A stretch of DNA of 64,000 bases from Candidatus Poribacteria bacterium (lineage in GTDB: Bacteria; Poribacteria; WGA-4E; GCA-2687025), in contig OY762492.1 in the NCBI GenBank assembly GCA_963665845.2, forward strand, positions 2,592,001 through 2,656,000, read 5' to 3'. The position numbers and the translations under genes are program-made. Shown here one piece after another: positions 18,605 to 27,800 of this stretch. The notes beneath the pieces are model-generated. The model saw only the letters and a program-made list of their open reading frames with translations, was not told where the DNA came from and made no database searches. The first letter of the stretch is position 1; each line of letters starts with the position of its first letter.

Positions 18605-21600
18605 ATGGCAACGATCCATCGACCGAACAAAGATGCGCTGACGAAAGCGGTGGACATATACAGAGACGCGATGCGCGCCTTCATCATCCGCCATCTGAAG
18701 CAGGTACAAGGCCGCAACGCGGAGGACATGATCAACGAGTCGCTCGATTCTAAACGCGCTGCAGAATTTGAAGATGGGCTGCGCAACGGAAAAACGATCG
18801 AGAGCTTGATTGGCGTCAGCTCATTTCCTCACATACTGAATAAATGCTGGGAAAATCCGTTCAGAAGCGTACTGAAAGACGATCGGTACGTTTCGGACGC
18901 CTCATATCGGATACGGGACGCCCGCAACGAAGCGGCGCATATCGGTACGGAAGACATCGACAAAAATGACCTCATCGGATGGCTGAGCAACATCATCGGA
19001 TCGTTGACGCGCATCCATCAACCGAAACTGGCAGAGGCGGTTGAGGAGATTCTAAACGGCGTCATATCGCCCGCTCCCGCGCCGATTCTCCCAAAAGAAA
19101 AGCCGAAAAACGAAATTGAAGAGGCGGAAGAGAACAATAAGTCCGAAGAAATAGAGCAGTCGGAACCTCCAAAGAAGGGAAAACTGACCCCTTGGCGCGA
19201 GGCGATTGATCTGAACCCTGACGTGAAGAAGGAGAGCGGGCAGGCGGAATACCGCGCGGATCTGCAGCAGATCGGTCAAGGAGCGGCAAACTCAATCTAC
19301 AGCGATCCGACTCGATTTTTCAAGCGAACCTACATCTCGGCGGGGCTTCGGGCGCTGTTGGTGAATTCGCTGAAACGCTGGAACGGCAAAGGCGGCGACC
19401 CGGTCGTTCAAACGAAAATCGGCTTCGGCGGCGGAAAGACGCACAGCCTCATCGCCCTGCGCCATCTGGCGACGAATCAGAAAGAGCTGCTGCGCCATGG
19501 CGAATCGAACAACCCCGCCCTGGCGCGCATGACGCGCGAGATACGCGAGATTGTCGAAGCGGCGGAGCTGAACCCCGACGAAACGCCCCACGAATGCAAG
19601 GTCGCCGTTCTGGCGGGGACATACCTTTCCACAACAACCGACGCTAAAACGGAGAACGGAGACCCGCTCAACACGCTCTGGGGCGAAATGGCATACCAGC
19701 TGGCGGGTCAGCGCGGGTATGATTTCGTCGGGGAAGCGGCGCGGAGAGGTCTAGCGCCCGGCGGAAACGAACTGGACGCGCTTTTCAAACATGTCGGCTC
19801 GTTCGTCATCCTGATGGATGAAATCGTCGCCTACACGCGAGTTCTGTCTGAAGAGAAGACGGACAAGCAGATAGACGAGCTGACGGAGGATCGGATCTAC
19901 ACCTTCATTCAAAACCTGACCGAGGCGGTCCACCGAAGCAAGCGCGGCGTACTTGTCGTAACGCTCCCGTCCAGCGCGGAGGAGGCGGGCAGCAAAATAA
20001 GAGCGCAGGCGGTCCTGGACAGAATCGAAAATATCTTGGGGCGCATTGAGGCGGCGAACGAAGTTCTGGAGATCAAGGAATCGTACGAAGTGGTGCGCCG
20101 GCGCCTGTTCGAAGAGGTGAAGGACGAGGCGGCGCGCGACCAAACATGCGAAGCGTTCGCAAAAATGTACCGCAACTCCAGCAAAAGCTATCCGCCGCAC
20201 AGCCGCGACCCAAAATATCTGGATCTGATGAAGGCATGCTATCCGATCCATCCAGAGGTGTTTGATCGGCTTTATGAGGACTGGTCGGCGTATGAGCGGT
20301 TCCAGCGGACGCGCGGCGTTTTGCGTCTGATGGCGGCATGCGTTCACCATCTCCAGGACAGCGCCGACCCGCTCATCATGCCGGGCGATCTGCCGATGGA
20401 CGATCCGAAAATCAAAGGCGAGTTCACGCGGTTGCTAGGTCCAAATTGGGACCCTGTTTTTTCTGAAGTGGACGGACCCGACGCCCGCGTGAAGGAAATC
20501 GATAAGCCGTCGAAGCGGTTTGTGGAAACGGGAGGCGCAGCGCAGCGCATCGCCCGAGCGACCCTTCTCGGAAGCGCGCAAGCGAGAGCGGTACACGGCA
20601 TCGAAACGCGGCGGATAAATCTCGGCGTCGTGAAACCGGGAGACGGCGTCAACGTCTACTCCGACGCGCTGAAACAGATGAAGGAAAAGCTGTACTACCT
20701 GTACGCGCAGGGCGGGCTGCACTACTTCCACGTTGAGCCAAACCTGGTGAGAGTCGCGCAGGACAGAGTCGACAAGCTGAAAACGGAGCAGCTGGACGCG
20801 CATATCGTTCAGAAGCTGAACGAAGCGACGCGCCGACATCAAGGCGTCGCCGTCTGTCCAGACGAAACGTTCATGACGGACGATCCGAATAAAGTAACGC
20901 TGGCGGTCTTAAGCCCCAGCGAATCGCTCCCGTCCAGAGCCGCCGAAAACGACATGGCAACCGAAGCGGCGCGCCGAATACTGACAACGCGGGGCGACGG
21001 AAGCCCCCGATCCTTCCGCAACATGATCGTCTTTCTCGCCGCAAAAAACGACGCCATACGCGACCTGCGCCGCGCCGCGGCTCAATATCTGGCATGGGAC
21101 TCCATCGTCAACGGCAACGCGCATGCGGAAAAGGTTCCAGGGCTGAAAGACGACCGACTGAAAGAGGCGAAATCGCGCCTCAAAGAGAACAAGAACAAGA
21201 CCGAAGATGCGCTCATCCGCGCCTATCAGCATGCGCTCTATCCGCGTCAGCCCGACGATACGAAGACGGAGTACGAGATCATCCAGGTTCAGACAGACGC
21301 GGACGGCGACATCGTTGAGGCGGCGTTCAACAAGCTGGCCGCAGAAGAAGCGGTCGCAGAGAACATGTCCGGGGCAAGCCTTGAGCGGTTCCTGGAGGAG
21401 TATGTCTGGATCCGCGAGGAAACGAAAGACCATATCGACATCGACAAACTCTGGGGGCTGTTTGCGCAGTTCGTCTATATGCCGCGCCTTGAAAACAAAA
21501 GCGTCCTTGTCAATGCGGTCGCGGCAAGCGTGGCAGAAGGGCTTCTCGGCAGCGCGGACGATTATGACCAGGAGTCGGGGAAATACGAAAACCTGCAATA

Positions 21601-22006
21601 CGAGTCGAAGATGTCCCTATGGACGCTGAACGACCTGAGCGGGCTGATTGTGCGAAAAGACGCCGCGCTGCTTCAACATGATCTGGAACGCGAAGACGCC
21701 GCGAAACAGCGCGCCGAAGCGGAACGGCGGCGCAAAGAAAAAGAGGCGCAACGTCAACAGCAGCTGGACCCGCCGAAACTGCCCAAGCTGTTCACCATCA
21801 CCAAGCAGACGAACCTGGAATCGCTGGAACCGTCAATGGATGATCTGATGAACGAAATCATGCCGAACCTGCGGAACGGCGAAGTGTCGGTGCGCATCAT
21901 CGTGACGGCAAAGCATGCGCGCGGCTTCGATGAAAACGACGCGCGCGCCGTGCGCGAAAACTGCAAGGAACTCGGAATTGAGCTGGATGAGGAGAGCGAT
22001 CTGTAG
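18605..22006 (+). CDS. DUF499-family ATPase with N-terminal Swt1-like HEPN domain
   Basis: HEPN RxxxxH motif RNEAAH; PWRE; Walker A GFGGGKTHS; Walker B ILMDE; VVRRRLF; CYPIHPE; FQRTRGVLRLMA. Confidence 0.9.
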   Translation: MATIHRPNKDALTKAVDIYRDAMRAFIIRHLKQVQGRNAEDMINESLDSKRAAEFEDGLRNGKTIESLIGVSSFPHILNKCWENPFRSVLKDDRYVSDASYRIRDARNEAAHIGTEDIDKNDLIGWLSNIIGSLTRIHQPKLAEAVEEILNGVISPAPAPILPKEKPKNEIEEAEENNKSEEIEQSEPPKKGKLTPWREAIDLNPDVKKESGQAEYRADLQQIGQGAANSIYSDPTRFFKRTYISAGLRALLVNSLKRWNGKGGDPVVQTKIGFGGGKTHSLIALRHLATNQKELLRHGESNNPALARMTREIREIVEAAELNPDETPHECKVAVLAGTYLSTTTDAKTENGDPLNTLWGEMAYQLAGQRGYDFVGEAARRGLAPGGNELDALFKHVGSFVILMDEIVAYTRVLSEEKTDKQIDELTEDRIYTFIQNLTEAVHRSKRGVLVVTLPSSAEEAGSKIRAQAVLDRIENILGRIEAANEVLEIKESYEVVRRRLFEEVKDEAARDQTCEAFAKMYRNSSKSYPPHSRDPKYLDLMKACYPIHPEVFDRLYEDWSAYERFQRTRGVLRLMAACVHHLQDSADPLIMPGDLPMDDPKIKGEFTRLLGPNWDPVFSEVDGPDARVKEIDKPSKRFVETGGAAQRIARATLLGSAQARAVHGIETRRINLGVVKPGDGVNVYSDALKQMKEKLYYLYAQGGLHYFHVEPNLVRVAQDRVDKLKTEQLDAHIVQKLNEATRRHQGVAVCPDETFMTDDPNKVTLAVLSPSESLPSRAAENDMATEAARRILTTRGDGSPRSFRNMIVFLAAKNDAIRDLRRAAAQYLAWDSIVNGNAHAEKVPGLKDDRLKEAKSRLKENKNKTEDALIRAYQHALYPRQPDDTKTEYEIIQVQTDADGDIVEAAFNKLAAEEAVAENMSGASLERFLEEYVWIREETKDHIDIDKLWGLFAQFVYMPRLENKSVLVNAVAASVAEGLLGSADDYDQESGKYENLQYESKMSLWTLNDLSGLIVRKDAALLQHDLEREDAAKQRAEAERRRKEKEAQRQQQLDPPKLPKLFTITKQTNLESLEPSMDDLMNEIMPNLRNGEVSVRIIVTAKHARGFDENDARAVRENCKELGIELDEESDL

Positions 22007-22117
22007 AACGCTCTTGACAAATTTTTTTAACGCGCCATGACGTTATAATAGGCGAAAAATGCGCAACCAAACGCTGGAAGGAGGGGGTATCTCCAGTAGG
22101 CAACAGGCGGAAGGGCG

Positions 22118-24925
22118 ATGCGAAAAAAACTGATCGAAGTCGGGCTGCCGCTGGAAGAGATCAATAAAGAAGCGGCGCGAGAAAAATCGATACGGCATGG
22201 ACATCCCAGCACGCTCCATCTCTGGTGGGCAAGGCGGCCGCTCGCCGCATGCCGCGCAGTCATTTTTGCCAGTATCGTGGACGACCCGTCCGAATGTCCG
22301 GAAGAATTCCCGACTGAAGAGGCGCAAAACGACGAACGAGAACGGCTGCACGAGCTAATACGGCAGCTGGTGAAGTGGAAAACGACAGACGAGACAAAGG
22401 AGGATTCCCGCGACATTCTGAACGCCGCCCGATATGAGATCGCCAAATCGATCGCGCGGGAGGAGGAGATCAATCCGCCGTCCGACGATCCCGCCGCTGT
22501 CATGCGTTTTCTAAAAAATAAAGGTCCTGAAATATACGATCCGTTCGCAGGCGGCGGCTCCATACCTCTAGAGGCGCAGCGGCTTGGTTTGAGCGCAGTC
22601 GCTTCAGACCTAAATCCTGTTGCTGTTCTCATCAACCGCGCCATGATCGAATTGGCGCCGAAATACAGCGGCAAACCGCCTGTCAATCCGGACGCCCGCG
22701 CGAAAGTTGACGGAAAACGAGGACACGGACTCGCCGAGGATATACGGCACTACGGACAATTGATGCGCGACCGCGCCTTTGAACGGATAGGGCATTTTTA
22801 CCCGAAAGCGACATTGCAAGACGGAAAGGAAGCGACCGTCATCGCATGGTTATGGGCGCGGACTGTTCCATGTTCCAACCCCGCATGCGGCGTCCATATG
22901 CCGCTCATGAGCAGTCTGCAGGTCTCCAAGAAAGAAGGAAACGAACATTGGACGCGCCCAATCGTTGACCGCGGTACCAAGCGGGTAAGGTTTGCTGTTC
23001 AAGATCATGCAGGCGGATTGCCAGAAACGCTGCCGAGCGGACGAACGGCGGGCGACAAGGGCGCAATCTGCGTCGCCTGCGAGACGATTACGAAGTTGGA
23101 ATATGTGCGGGAGCAGGCGCGGGCTGGACGGATGGACGCTGTGATGACAGCGATTGTTGCCGACGGGAATCCAGGGCGCAGGTATCTGACGCCAACCGCT
23201 GAACATCTTGAAGAGGCGGAGAATGCGTTGCCGGAATGGCGGCCTGAGCGGCTGATACCAGAAATGTCTAAAAAAGTGAGCGGACTTTCGTACGGCATCA
23301 CGCATTGGCATGAGCTGTTTGCGGAGCGACAGCTGCTCGCATTGACAACCTTCAGCGATCTTGTTCCTGAAGTTCATGAAAAAATACAGAAAGATGGAGC
23401 TGACCAAAAATACGCCGACGCGGTCATAACCTACCTTGCCCTGGCCATCAGCAAATACGCATGTTATGGCTCCAGCTTTGCGTCTTGGGACTCAACGAAG
23501 AGGGGCGAAACAATACGTCAGGTTTTTGGAAGGCAGGCGATCCCGATGGTTTGGGATTATGCGGAGGCGAATCCGTTTTCAGCAAAAACTGGCAGTATCA
23601 TGTCTCAAGTTAAGAATGCTGTTGATATGGTTAAACGCTTGCCGACCCATGTGAAACCGGGCAGCGCGTTTCAAACGGATGCAACTACAACAGACTACAA
23701 TGGCGGCGGTCCAGTCATCGCGACCGACCCTCCCTATTACGATAACATCAGCTACGCGGAGCTGTCTGACTTCTTCTATATCTGGCTCCGTCCACTGCTG
23801 GATAACATCCATCCCGACCTGTTCAGAAGTATCCTAACGCCTAAAGAGGATGAGATGATTGCGGCGCCGCGCTTCGGCGATAAGGACAAGCAGCGGAAGC
23901 GGTTTGAGGAGCTGATGCTGCGCGCGTTCAAACGCATCCAGGAAAAATGCTCAAAGGATTATCCGTCCTCCATCTTTTACGCCTACAAGCAAGAGTTGTT
24001 GGAACGGGGAGGTCGCGCCTCAACAGGATGGGAAACGTTCCTGAACGCTGTCATCAAGACGGGGTTGCAGATAAAAGGGACATGGGCGATGCGTACGGAG
24101 ATGAAGAGTCGCATGGCAGCTATAGAAAAGGCTGCGCTGCTCTCCTCCGTCGTTTTGGTCTGTTTGCCTCGTCGCAAAGACGCGAAGCGTGCGACGCGAA
24201 GCGAATTTCAATATGCTTTGAAGGAGGAGCTGCCGCGGGAGCTGGCGCTGCTTGAGAAGAGTTGTCAGCTGGCGCCTGTTGATTTTCGTCAAGCGGCGAT
24301 CGGTCTCGGAATGGGCGTCTATTCGAGTTACCGTTCCGTTGAATGGGATGTTGGCGGTCAGCCGGTGGAGGTGCGCGATGCGCTAATGGAGATCAACCGC
24401 ATAGTTAGTAAATACCATCTCGGAACAATCGAGGACGCTGATCGGCAAAGTCAGTTCTGTTTGGAATGGCTGGAGAGCCATGGGTTCGATAAAGGCTCTT
24501 ACGGCGAGGCGGAGAAGTCGGCGCGCACTTGGGACATTGATATGGACAGCATGAGCGGGTCGATTTTGGAATCGCAGGTCGGGAAGGTTCGCCTGTTTAG
24601 CCTGGACGAGTACCTAACCCGTGAGATGAGCGATTCCATGACAGCGTGGGAGGGCTGTTTCCGCATGGCGCGCCATATGTTCGGCGAAGGGACGGGCGGG
24701 ATTGACGAATGCGCCCGTGTCATGCGCCTCATGCGCCGCAGCGGGGTGAATCTGAACGCGAGCGAGCGTCTTGCGCGCGCGTTGTACAGTTATTTCGACA
24801 GCGCGGACGATTCGCGCGGGGCTCTGTTCAACTATCTGGTGGAAGATTGGCGCAAAATACGCCAGAAGGCAGACCAGACGCAGATGTCGGACGACGCGGT
24901 CGTCCAGGGGCGGCTGGGCGAATAG
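22118..24925 (+). CDS. DUF1156-family amino-DNA methyltransferase with Zn-ribbon insert
   Basis: KKLIEVGLPL..REKSIRHGHPSTLHLWWARRPLAACRA, motif I YDPFAGGGSIPLEA, WARTVPCSNPAC, motif IV TDPPYYDN. Confidence 0.93.
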   Translation: MRKKLIEVGLPLEEINKEAAREKSIRHGHPSTLHLWWARRPLAACRAVIFASIVDDPSECPEEFPTEEAQNDERERLHELIRQLVKWKTTDETKEDSRDILNAARYEIAKSIAREEEINPPSDDPAAVMRFLKNKGPEIYDPFAGGGSIPLEAQRLGLSAVASDLNPVAVLINRAMIELAPKYSGKPPVNPDARAKVDGKRGHGLAEDIRHYGQLMRDRAFERIGHFYPKATLQDGKEATVIAWLWARTVPCSNPACGVHMPLMSSLQVSKKEGNEHWTRPIVDRGTKRVRFAVQDHAGGLPETLPSGRTAGDKGAICVACETITKLEYVREQARAGRMDAVMTAIVADGNPGRRYLTPTAEHLEEAENALPEWRPERLIPEMSKKVSGLSYGITHWHELFAERQLLALTTFSDLVPEVHEKIQKDGADQKYADAVITYLALAISKYACYGSSFASWDSTKRGETIRQVFGRQAIPMVWDYAEANPFSAKTGSIMSQVKNAVDMVKRLPTHVKPGSAFQTDATTTDYNGGGPVIATDPPYYDNISYAELSDFFYIWLRPLLDNIHPDLFRSILTPKEDEMIAAPRFGDKDKQRKRFEELMLRAFKRIQEKCSKDYPSSIFYAYKQELLERGGRASTGWETFLNAVIKTGLQIKGTWAMRTEMKSRMAAIEKAALLSSVVLVCLPRRKDAKRATRSEFQYALKEELPRELALLEKSCQLAPVDFRQAAIGLGMGVYSSYRSVEWDVGGQPVEVRDALMEINRIVSKYHLGTIEDADRQSQFCLEWLESHGFDKGSYGEAEKSARTWDIDMDSMSGSILESQVGKVRLFSLDEYLTREMSDSMTAWEGCFRMARHMFGEGTGGIDECARVMRLMRRSGVNLNASERLARALYSYFDSADDSRGALFNYLVEDWRKIRQKADQTQMSDDAVVQGRLGE

Positions 24926-25002
24926 CCGCGCTTGAAACGCAGCCCCTGTCCGTCTATCATATGCGCAAACGCCGCCGTTTCAATCAACACGCGAGACGCA
25001 GC

Positions 25003-25578
25003 ATGGAAGCCAATTACACCAACGAGACGCTCATCGGGCGCGACTTTTCCAACGCCGACCTTCGCGGCGCCAACTTCAACGGCGCCGACCTTCGCGGCGC
25101 CGACTTCAACGGAGCCGACCTGTCGCTCGCCTATTTCGTCGGCGCCGATCTTCGCGGCGCCAACTTTGAAAACGCCGTTCTGGACGGCGCCTTTTTGAGC
25201 GGCGCCAAGGTTGGAAGCGCCAACTTTCAAAAAGCGTCCCTGCGGGAAACGATGCTCGGCGACATAGACCCCGCGCTAGAAGACCCGCTAGACCCGCCCG
25301 CCACCTTTGCCGAAGCGAACCTGACCGGCGCCGTTTTCCGCAATGTGGATCTGAACGGCGTCGCTCTGTGCCGCGCCAACCTGACGCATGCCTATCTGTA
25401 TGAGGCGCATCTCTCCGGCGCCGATCTGCGCGGGGCGGTTTTGGACGGCGCGAAGGTGAAGCGTCTCTCCCTGAACTCGAACTCGACCGCCGAGCTGACA
25501 GCAGATTACGCCTCTAAAGAATCCCTTTTGCCGGGGTCAGAATCGCCTGATCCATTGCCGCCTGGCGAGGAAGAGTGA
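25003..25578 (+). CDS. Pentapeptide-repeat protein
   Basis: ADLRG/ANFNG/ANFEN repeats; start 25003 or 24961; 3' end overlaps the convergent SDR by 65 nt. Confidence 0.82.
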   Translation: MEANYTNETLIGRDFSNADLRGANFNGADLRGADFNGADLSLAYFVGADLRGANFENAVLDGAFLSGAKVGSANFQKASLRETMLGDIDPALEDPLDPPATFAEANLTGAVFRNVDLNGVALCRANLTHAYLYEAHLSGADLRGAVLDGAKVKRLSLNSNSTAELTADYASKESLLPGSESPDPLPPGEEE

Positions 25579-26212
25579 GCGCGAAGACGGCTGTTTCCGC
25601 CGTCTGCTCCGCGGTCAGCATGTCTTTCCGGTCGGGCGACCATGACTGCATATCCCAGAGCGGCGTGTCGACGGCGCCCGGCAGCAACGCCAAGACGCGC
25701 ACGCCATGCGGCCGCGCCTCAATGGACATGATCTCGGTCAGCATGAGCGCGCCCGCTTTCGCCGAGCAGTAGGCGCTTCCGCCCGAAAACGCCGTTTTGG
25801 AGGCGATGGAGAGAATGTTGAGTATGTCGCCCTGTCGGTTTTGGATCATGGTCGGCAGAACGGCGCGCGAGCAAAGATAGACTCCCTTTAGGTTGACGCG
25901 CACCGTGTCCCACCAGCTAGTCGGGTCCGATTCGGCGACCGTTCCGCCGGAGAGCGAGGCGCCCGCATTGTTGACCAGAATGTCGATCCGCTCATAGCGA
26001 TGCAAGACCGCTTCGGCGAGCCGCTGAACGTCCGCTTCTTCGGTCACGTCGGTTCGTATCGGCAGCGCGCCGAGTTCTTCGGCGGCGGCGTTCAGCCTCT
26101 CTTCGTTCCGCGCGGCGATGACCACCTCCGCTCCAAGGGAGGTCAACTTTGCGGCGATCGCTTTGCCGATGCCGCTGCTTCCGCCTGTGACGATTGCAAC
26201 CTTGCCTTTCAT
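25514..26212 (-). CDS. Short-chain dehydrogenase/reductase, sepiapterin-reductase-like
   Basis: TGGSSGIG, VNNAG, YCSAK catalytic motif, PGAVDTPLW; ATGA-coupled to PTPS. Confidence 0.88.
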   Translation of the reverse strand: MKGKVAIVTGGSSGIGKAIAAKLTSLGAEVVIAARNEERLNAAAEELGALPIRTDVTEEADVQRLAEAVLHRYERIDILVNNAGASLSGGTVAESDPTSWWDTVRVNLKGVYLCSRAVLPTMIQNRQGDILNILSIASKTAFSGGSAYCSAKAGALMLTEIMSIEARPHGVRVLALLPGAVDTPLWDMQSWSPDRKDMLTAEQTAETAVFALTLPRQAAMDQAILTPAKGIL

Positions 26213-27045
26213 ACCGTCTCTCCATAATCGAACCAGCTTTTGCGCGTTTCATACAGCCGAAGCCGTTGAAGCCGCAGCCCCTCCCGTTCAAAAAGCGGCT
26301 GCATCGTTTCAAACAAAAAACGAACCAGATTCTCCGTCGTCGGCACGGCGTTTTGAAACTCTTTCATGTCGTTCATATGCTGATAGTTGAGCCGTTCCAC
26401 CGCCTCTTTTTGGACGATGGGGTCGATCTGTTCGCGCCCGCGCGCCGCGCCCTCCCGCTCGTCCATCGGCGCTTGGACAGACGCCTCCAGCCGGTAATCA
26501 TGCCCGTGTCCGTTCAGGTTGTTGCATTTGCCGTAGAGCTGGGCGTTCTCCTCGTCCGACAGGTTCGGGTTGTGCAGTCGGTGGGTGGCGGTGAATTCGT
26601 AGGCGCGGGTGAGCGTTACAAGCGGCATCTGTGTTTTTTCCTCGTATTGTCCGTTGAAGCGCGCTTTGGAGCGTCTATTTTCGGTCGCCTCGGCGCTGAC
26701 CAGCTGAAAGCCGCGCGCGTTCGGCGCGATCCGTTTCCATATAAAAAAAGCGACATTTTCTGGCGTCGGCAGAGACGTTTGAAAGGCGGGGACGTCCAGA
26801 TTGAGGCACTTGTGATCAAGCGGCTGAACGACGCAGCGGCGCGCGATCTCGTCCAGCTCCTTGATATTGACGACCATGCCGGCGCTCGGATCCACCTCGC
26901 CTGTGATTCCGATCTGCGCCGTCCAGTTGTGTCCATGGGCGCGCGCTTCATTGCCGTACCGCGCCATGTTCTCGTCGGGGGAAAGGCGCGCGTCCCGGTA
27001 GTAATGCGACGCTTCAAATTCAACCATGCGGTTCAGATAGATCAT
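26209..27045 (-). CDS. Two-domain 6-pyruvoyl-tetrahydropterin synthase (PTPS/QueD fold)
   Basis: Domain 1 FEASH..AHGHNW..LDHKCLN..PTPENV; domain 2 FTATH..YGKCNNLNGHGHDY..PTTENL..LYET. Confidence 0.92.
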   Translation of the reverse strand: MIYLNRMVEFEASHYYRDARLSPDENMARYGNEARAHGHNWTAQIGITGEVDPSAGMVVNIKELDEIARRCVVQPLDHKCLNLDVPAFQTSLPTPENVAFFIWKRIAPNARGFQLVSAEATENRRSKARFNGQYEEKTQMPLVTLTRAYEFTATHRLHNPNLSDEENAQLYGKCNNLNGHGHDYRLEASVQAPMDEREGAARGREQIDPIVQKEAVERLNYQHMNDMKEFQNAVPTTENLVRFLFETMQPLFEREGLRLQRLRLYETRKSWFDYGETV

Positions 27046-27797
27046 GCGTTTTTACTGATGACGGTCGGCGCGTCCCGCTCGTCTTGTTCGTCGATTTCGG
27101 TCGCGTCCATGTCGGTCTCCATGCCGTCTTGCGCCATGCGCTGCGTGTTGTATAGGTCTTCCGCTCTCAAGAAGAGGCTAAGCCCCGTTCCGTACCGCTG
27201 AACCTCTCGGATGACATGGTCGGCGAGGACGACAAGGTATCGGTGGGCGATGAAGGTCGGCGCCGCGACGACCAGTCCGCCGAAGGTTGTCAACAGCGCC
27301 GCTTTGATGCCGTCCGCGACGACCGACATTTTTTGCGCGTCTCCGCCTTGCCCCTCCGTCAGCGCGGCGAAGGAGACGATCATTCCAAGTACAGTGCCGA
27401 GCAGCCCCAGTATCGGCGCGGCGGTGGCGACCATTCCAAGCAAGGGGAGGTTCGCCTGCGTCTGTTGCCTGAGCAGTTTTACCCGCTGCTTGAGCAGCTT
27501 GTTCAGCTCTTTTTCGCCGAGGCGGCGGTTTTGAATGCCGGTCAAGAGCAGGTTCGTCACCAGCATCGGTCTGTTTTCGCACAACGAGGCGGCGATGTCG
27601 TACCGCTCATTTTCGAGAAGTCGGTAGATGCGCGCGATGTATTCTGCCGGGACTTTGCGCTCTCGGTTCAGTTCCGCCCGTTTGTCTAAAAAGAGAGCCA
27701 TCGCGGCGATGGACATAAACAGGAGCGGAAAAAACATCGCCCCGCCTTTGAGCAGGATGCCGAATCCGCCAATCAGTTGTTGAAAGAATTCGGTCAT
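27042..27797 (-). CDS. MotA/TolQ/ExbB proton-channel family protein
   Basis: APILGLLGTVLGMIVSF, GIKAALLTTFGGLVVAAP. Confidence 0.92.
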   Translation of the reverse strand: MTEFFQQLIGGFGILLKGGAMFFPLLFMSIAAMALFLDKRAELNRERKVPAEYIARIYRLLENERYDIAASLCENRPMLVTNLLLTGIQNRRLGEKELNKLLKQRVKLLRQQTQANLPLLGMVATAAPILGLLGTVLGMIVSFAALTEGQGGDAQKMSVVADGIKAALLTTFGGLVVAAPTFIAHRYLVVLADHVIREVQRYGTGLSLFLRAEDLYNTQRMAQDGMETDMDATEIDEQDERDAPTVISKNA

Positions 27798-27800
27798 CGT

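Noticed and set aside
24709-25002. N-terminal extension of the pentapeptide ORF overlapping the methylase
   Set aside because: Overlaps DUF1156 by over 200 nt in another frame; the repeats begin only after Met 25003.
26209-27045. Calling the PTPS-fold gene queD
   Set aside because: Neither domain has the C-x3-HGH QueD motif and no queC/queE/queF genes are adjacent.
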